In this document: positions 24,507 through 26,020 of the stretch, piece after piece
Layout: the number at the start of each line of letters is the position of its first letter
Numbering within the stretch: the first letter of the stretch is position 1
Source of the DNA: an uncultured Eubacteriales bacterium
GTDB taxonomy: Bacteria > Bacillota_I > Bacilli_A > RF39 > UBA660
Assembly (NCBI GenBank): GCA_900313345.1
Contig: OMQW01000052.1
Coordinates: 1-26,020 of the forward strand
Reading direction: 5' to 3'
Length of the DNA stretch: 26,020 bases
The notes under the pieces: generated by a model
Told to the model about the DNA's origin: nothing
The model's input: the letters and a program-made list of their open reading frames with translations, nothing else
Database searches by the model: none
Translations under genes and position numbers: made by a program

Positions 24507-24920
24507 ATGAAAAAAATTAATTTAGATTTTATTAAAGAAAATAAGAAGACTTTATTAATCTCACTTGCTTCTATTGCATTAATTATATGTTTAGTATTTG
24601 TAGTTAAAGGACTATTCTTCAGTCATGCTGCTACAAATACTGCATCATTCTTAAAGGATCAAAAAGTAGATGGCTTATTATTTACTAGAACTACTTTTAG
24701 TGATAATACACTTAAAGTAATAGTAAAAAATACTACAGATGATGCATATAATTTAAAAACTATAGATGTTTCATTTGTAGATGGAGATAATAAAGTTATT
24801 ACAACTGTTAATGGTTATGTAGGAGATGTTATTGCAAAAGACTCTTATAAACAATTAGTTGTATCTAGTGATATTGATTTAAGTAAATCTTCATCACTTA
24901 CTTATAAAATTAATAAATAA
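24507..24920 (+). CDS. Small N-terminally membrane-anchored protein of unknown function, translationally coupled to the giant gene
   Basis: ATG 24507 lies one nt after the giant gene's TAA (24503-24505). The RBS AGGAG (24496-24500) lies inside the giant gene's last codons. It has a TM helix (LLISLASIALIICLVFVVKGLFF) followed by a ~95-aa beta-rich ectodomain (LKVIVKNTTDDAYNLKTIDVSFVDGDNKVITTVNGYVGDVIAKDSYKQLVVSS). Confidence 0.75.
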   Translation: MKKINLDFIKENKKTLLISLASIALIICLVFVVKGLFFSHAATNTASFLKDQKVDGLLFTRTTFSDNTLKVIVKNTTDDAYNLKTIDVSFVDGDNKVITTVNGYVGDVIAKDSYKQLVVSSDIDLSKSSSLTYKINK

Positions 24921-24927
24921 TAAAAAA

Positions 24928-24963
24928 AACTATCTAGTTATTGCTAGATAGTTTTATTTTTTT
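24928..24963 (+). terminator. Rho-independent terminator of the giant-gene operon
   Basis: AACTATCTAG (24928-24937) pairs with CTAGATAGTT (24944-24953), a perfect 10 bp stem around the loop TTATTG. TTATTTTTTT follows. The upstream A8 run can extend the stem. Confidence 0.8.
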
Positions 24964-24965
24964 GT

Positions 24966-25071
24966 AAAAAAAGGAAGCTGCACCCCCTGAAGGGCAGCTT
25001 CTTAAAAAAGAATAAAAAGGGGTTGGCTAGTGTGATACTAGCGACCAATTCGCCTAATAACCGAATTGGTG
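24966..25071 (-). ncRNA. Candidate ~105-nt small RNA (family not recognised)
   Basis: The minus-strand reading is ACCAAUUCGGUUAUUAGGCGAAUUGGU CGCUAGUAUCACACUAGC CAACCCCUUUUUAUUCUUUUUUAA GAAGCUGCCCUUCAGGGGGUGCAGCUUC CUUUUUUU.

It forms three hairpins. Hairpin 1 is 9 bp (plus 25044-25052 with 25062-25070). Hairpin 2 is GGUCGCUAGU with ACUAGCCAACC (plus 25021-25046). Hairpin 3 is 8 bp of GC-rich stem (plus 24974-24981 with 24994-25001).

Hairpins 2 and 3 are each followed by a U-run, and the RNA has its own promoter just upstream. The region is visibly GC-richer than its surroundings and contains no AUG. Confidence 0.45.
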
Positions 25072-25077
25072 ATTATT

Positions 25078-25106
25078 ATCTTAATCACTTTGTATCAATT
25101 TGTCAA
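25078..25106 (-). promoter_or_regulatory. Sigma-A-type promoter of the candidate sRNA (minus strand)
   Basis: On the minus strand: TTGACA (plus 25101-25106), a 17-nt spacer, then TAAGAT (plus 25078-25083). The predicted start lies ~7 nt downstream, at the foot of hairpin 1. Confidence 0.5.
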
Positions 25107-25148
25107 TCTTTTTTTTATTTTTATGTTAAAATTATTATAGTGATTGAG

Positions 25149-25700
25149 ATGAATAAAAAATTAAAGTTAAAAAGAAGTGTTATTACTATACTTGTTACTA
25201 TTATTTTTATAATTTTTAGTATACTTTTATTTATATCTTCATATTATGTTTATAAGTCTAGTAGGAAATTTTCTAAATATAATGGCAATAAACAATATAG
25301 TTATGTAATTATAAAAAAAATAAGTAAACCTATTGCTGAATATAATAAAGGAAAATTTTATTTTATAACTGATAATAGAGATAAAATATTTGTATATTAT
25401 ATTAAAGATAATTCTATTAATAAATTTAAAATTAATAATAAAATATATGGTCTTCCTAGAAAATATGATAATAATTTAAGAGATATTGTCATTAAAGATA
25501 TTAATAAGGAACTTTCTTATGATAAGAAGATTAATATAAATAAAGATAATTATAAAAATTATGTTACTTCTTATTATTTAGATAATAGTGTTTTGATAGT
25601 TCATAAGTTTAATTATATTGTTTTTATACTTTTATTATTATTTATTTTATTTTTATTTATATCTTTTAAATATTTAAATAAATATAAGAGAAAATGTTAG
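25149..25700 (+). CDS. Orphan K/N/Y-rich membrane protein with N- and C-terminal TM helices
   Basis: MNKKLKLKRSVITILVTIIFIIFSILLFISSYYV... and ...FNYIVFILLLLFILFLFISFKYL flank a ~130-aa soluble segment. I moved the start from the tracked TTG 25023 to ATG 25149, because the extension runs through the structured RNA and promoter region. A possible promoter is TTGTCA (25100-25105), a 16-nt spacer, then TATGTT (25122-25127). The RBS is weak (GAG). Confidence 0.6.
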   Translation: MNKKLKLKRSVITILVTIIFIIFSILLFISSYYVYKSSRKFSKYNGNKQYSYVIIKKISKPIAEYNKGKFYFITDNRDKIFVYYIKDNSINKFKINNKIYGLPRKYDNNLRDIVIKDINKELSYDKKININKDNYKNYVTSYYLDNSVLIVHKFNYIVFILLLLFILFLFISFKYLNKYKRKC

Positions 25701-25719
25701 GTTTTCTCTTGTTTTTTTT
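25687..25719 (+). terminator. Rho-independent terminator overlapping the end of 25149..25700
   Basis: AGAGAAAA (25687-25694) pairs with TTTTCTCT (25702-25709) around a 7-nt loop. TGTTTTTTTT follows. Confidence 0.6.
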
Positions 25720-25765
25720 CTATTTTATTATATAATAAGAACTAGTATTTTTAGGAGGTATTTGT

Positions 25766-26020
25766 ATGCGTAGTCTAGTTTTTATAACAAATGATCTTGT
25801 TTTATTTCCTAATTCTGAAATTCGTTTTGAAATTGATTCTACTTTTGATAAACATTTTTTTAATTTAGTTAATGAAAGTTCTTCAAAAGAAGTTTTAATT
25901 GTTAATAGTTTAGACAATAGTGCTTTTCCTGATGTAACAATGCTTCCTAATATTGGTGTATTAGCTAAGCTTAATTTTTTTTTGGATATTCCTAATGGTA
26001 AATGCAAGATTACTTTAATG
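25766..26020 (+). CDS. lon: ATP-dependent Lon protease, N-terminal substrate-binding domain (3' end outside the window)
   Basis: AGGAGG (25753-25758) lies 7 nt before ATG 25766, and the frame is open to the window edge. MRSLVFITNDLVLFPNSEIRFEIDS...VLIVNS...IGVLAKLNFFLDIPNGKCKITL follows the Lon N-domain pattern (lP.. .l.lfP.. .. l.v.r... i.l.. q..... .iG..a.i.. .lpdG..kvlv.G). TATAAT at 25731-25736 lies upstream. This ORF is not in the supplied track because it runs off the window. Confidence 0.65.
   Translation, partial: MRSLVFITNDLVLFPNSEIRFEIDSTFDKHFFNLVNESSSKEVLIVNSLDNSAFPDVTMLPNIGVLAKLNFFLDIPNGKCKITLM

Noticed and set aside
24974-25070. GC-rich patch as a tRNA, SRP (4.5S) RNA or plus-strand riboswitch
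   Set aside because: There is no cloverleaf (no acceptor or T-arm pairing, no GTTC). GGAAGCUGC only superficially resembles the SRP helix-8 GGAAGCAGC, and the GNAR tetraloop and symmetric loop are absent. I found no motif of the riboswitch classes I know (preQ1, fluoride, guanidine, ZTP). The U-tails and the promoter fit the minus strand.
25023-25148. TTG start at 25023, which would give a 225-aa protein
   Set aside because: The extra 42 codons cover the GC-rich hairpin region and both predicted promoters. The translation (MASVILATNSPNNRIGDYYLNHF...) has no signal or TM logic, whereas Met-43 begins a classic basic-then-hydrophobic N-terminus.
25720-26007. 95-aa minus-strand ORF from the track
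   Set aside because: The opposite strand carries an ORF with a consensus AGGAGG RBS, an ATG at 25766 and a Lon N-domain-like sequence running to the window edge. The minus-strand ORF is its antisense shadow.
1-26020. Genomic island, prophage, CRISPR or defence locus
   Set aside because: I saw no integrase, transposase, recombinase or phage structural genes, no tRNA attachment site, no flanking direct or inverted repeats, and no short regularly spaced repeats. The only long repeats are the in-frame cassettes of the giant gene.

Overview
This is a chromosomal segment from a very AT-rich, standard-code, Bacillota-like (Gram-positive, anaerobe-type) genome. The composition was judged by eye and not computed. 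I recognised no tRNA or rRNA gene, CRISPR array, transposase or integrase.

The left 11.8 kb is mostly housekeeping, and all but one gene is on the + strand. It holds miaB (3' part), a ymcA/ricA-like gene and cotE, which is the Bacillus-type miaB-ymcA-cotE synteny and points to a spore-former lineage. It also holds rpsP-khpA, cdsA-rseP, a single-polypeptide pyruvate:ferredoxin oxidoreductase, and one PflX-type radical-SAM gene on the minus strand. Interspersed are two exported accessory proteins (258 aa and 724 aa) that share a Cys-containing lectin-like domain.

Nearly half of the window (11873..24505) is one uninterrupted 4,210-codon gene. It has its own near-consensus extended -10 promoter, is translationally coupled to a 137-aa membrane-anchored protein (24507..24920), and is closed by a strong terminator. 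The giant protein is N-terminally anchored. It carries a long stalk of ~90-aa beta-sandwich modules and ends in a triplicated ~800-aa seven-domain cassette. Each cassette copy finishes with a 270-290-aa glycine-rich domain. The ordered motifs of that domain (WGAxGG, GGGGGAT, VAAGGGGG, GGGGGYYGG, GGSSFISG) match, from memory, the ALK/LTK-type polyglycine-II glycine-rich domain family. This gene pair is my main candidate for an undescribed system.

Downstream lies a GC-richer ~140-bp intergenic patch. It reads best as a ~105-nt minus-strand sRNA with its own TTGACA-17-TAAGAT promoter and U-tailed hairpins. After it come an orphan two-TM protein and the 5' end of lon.
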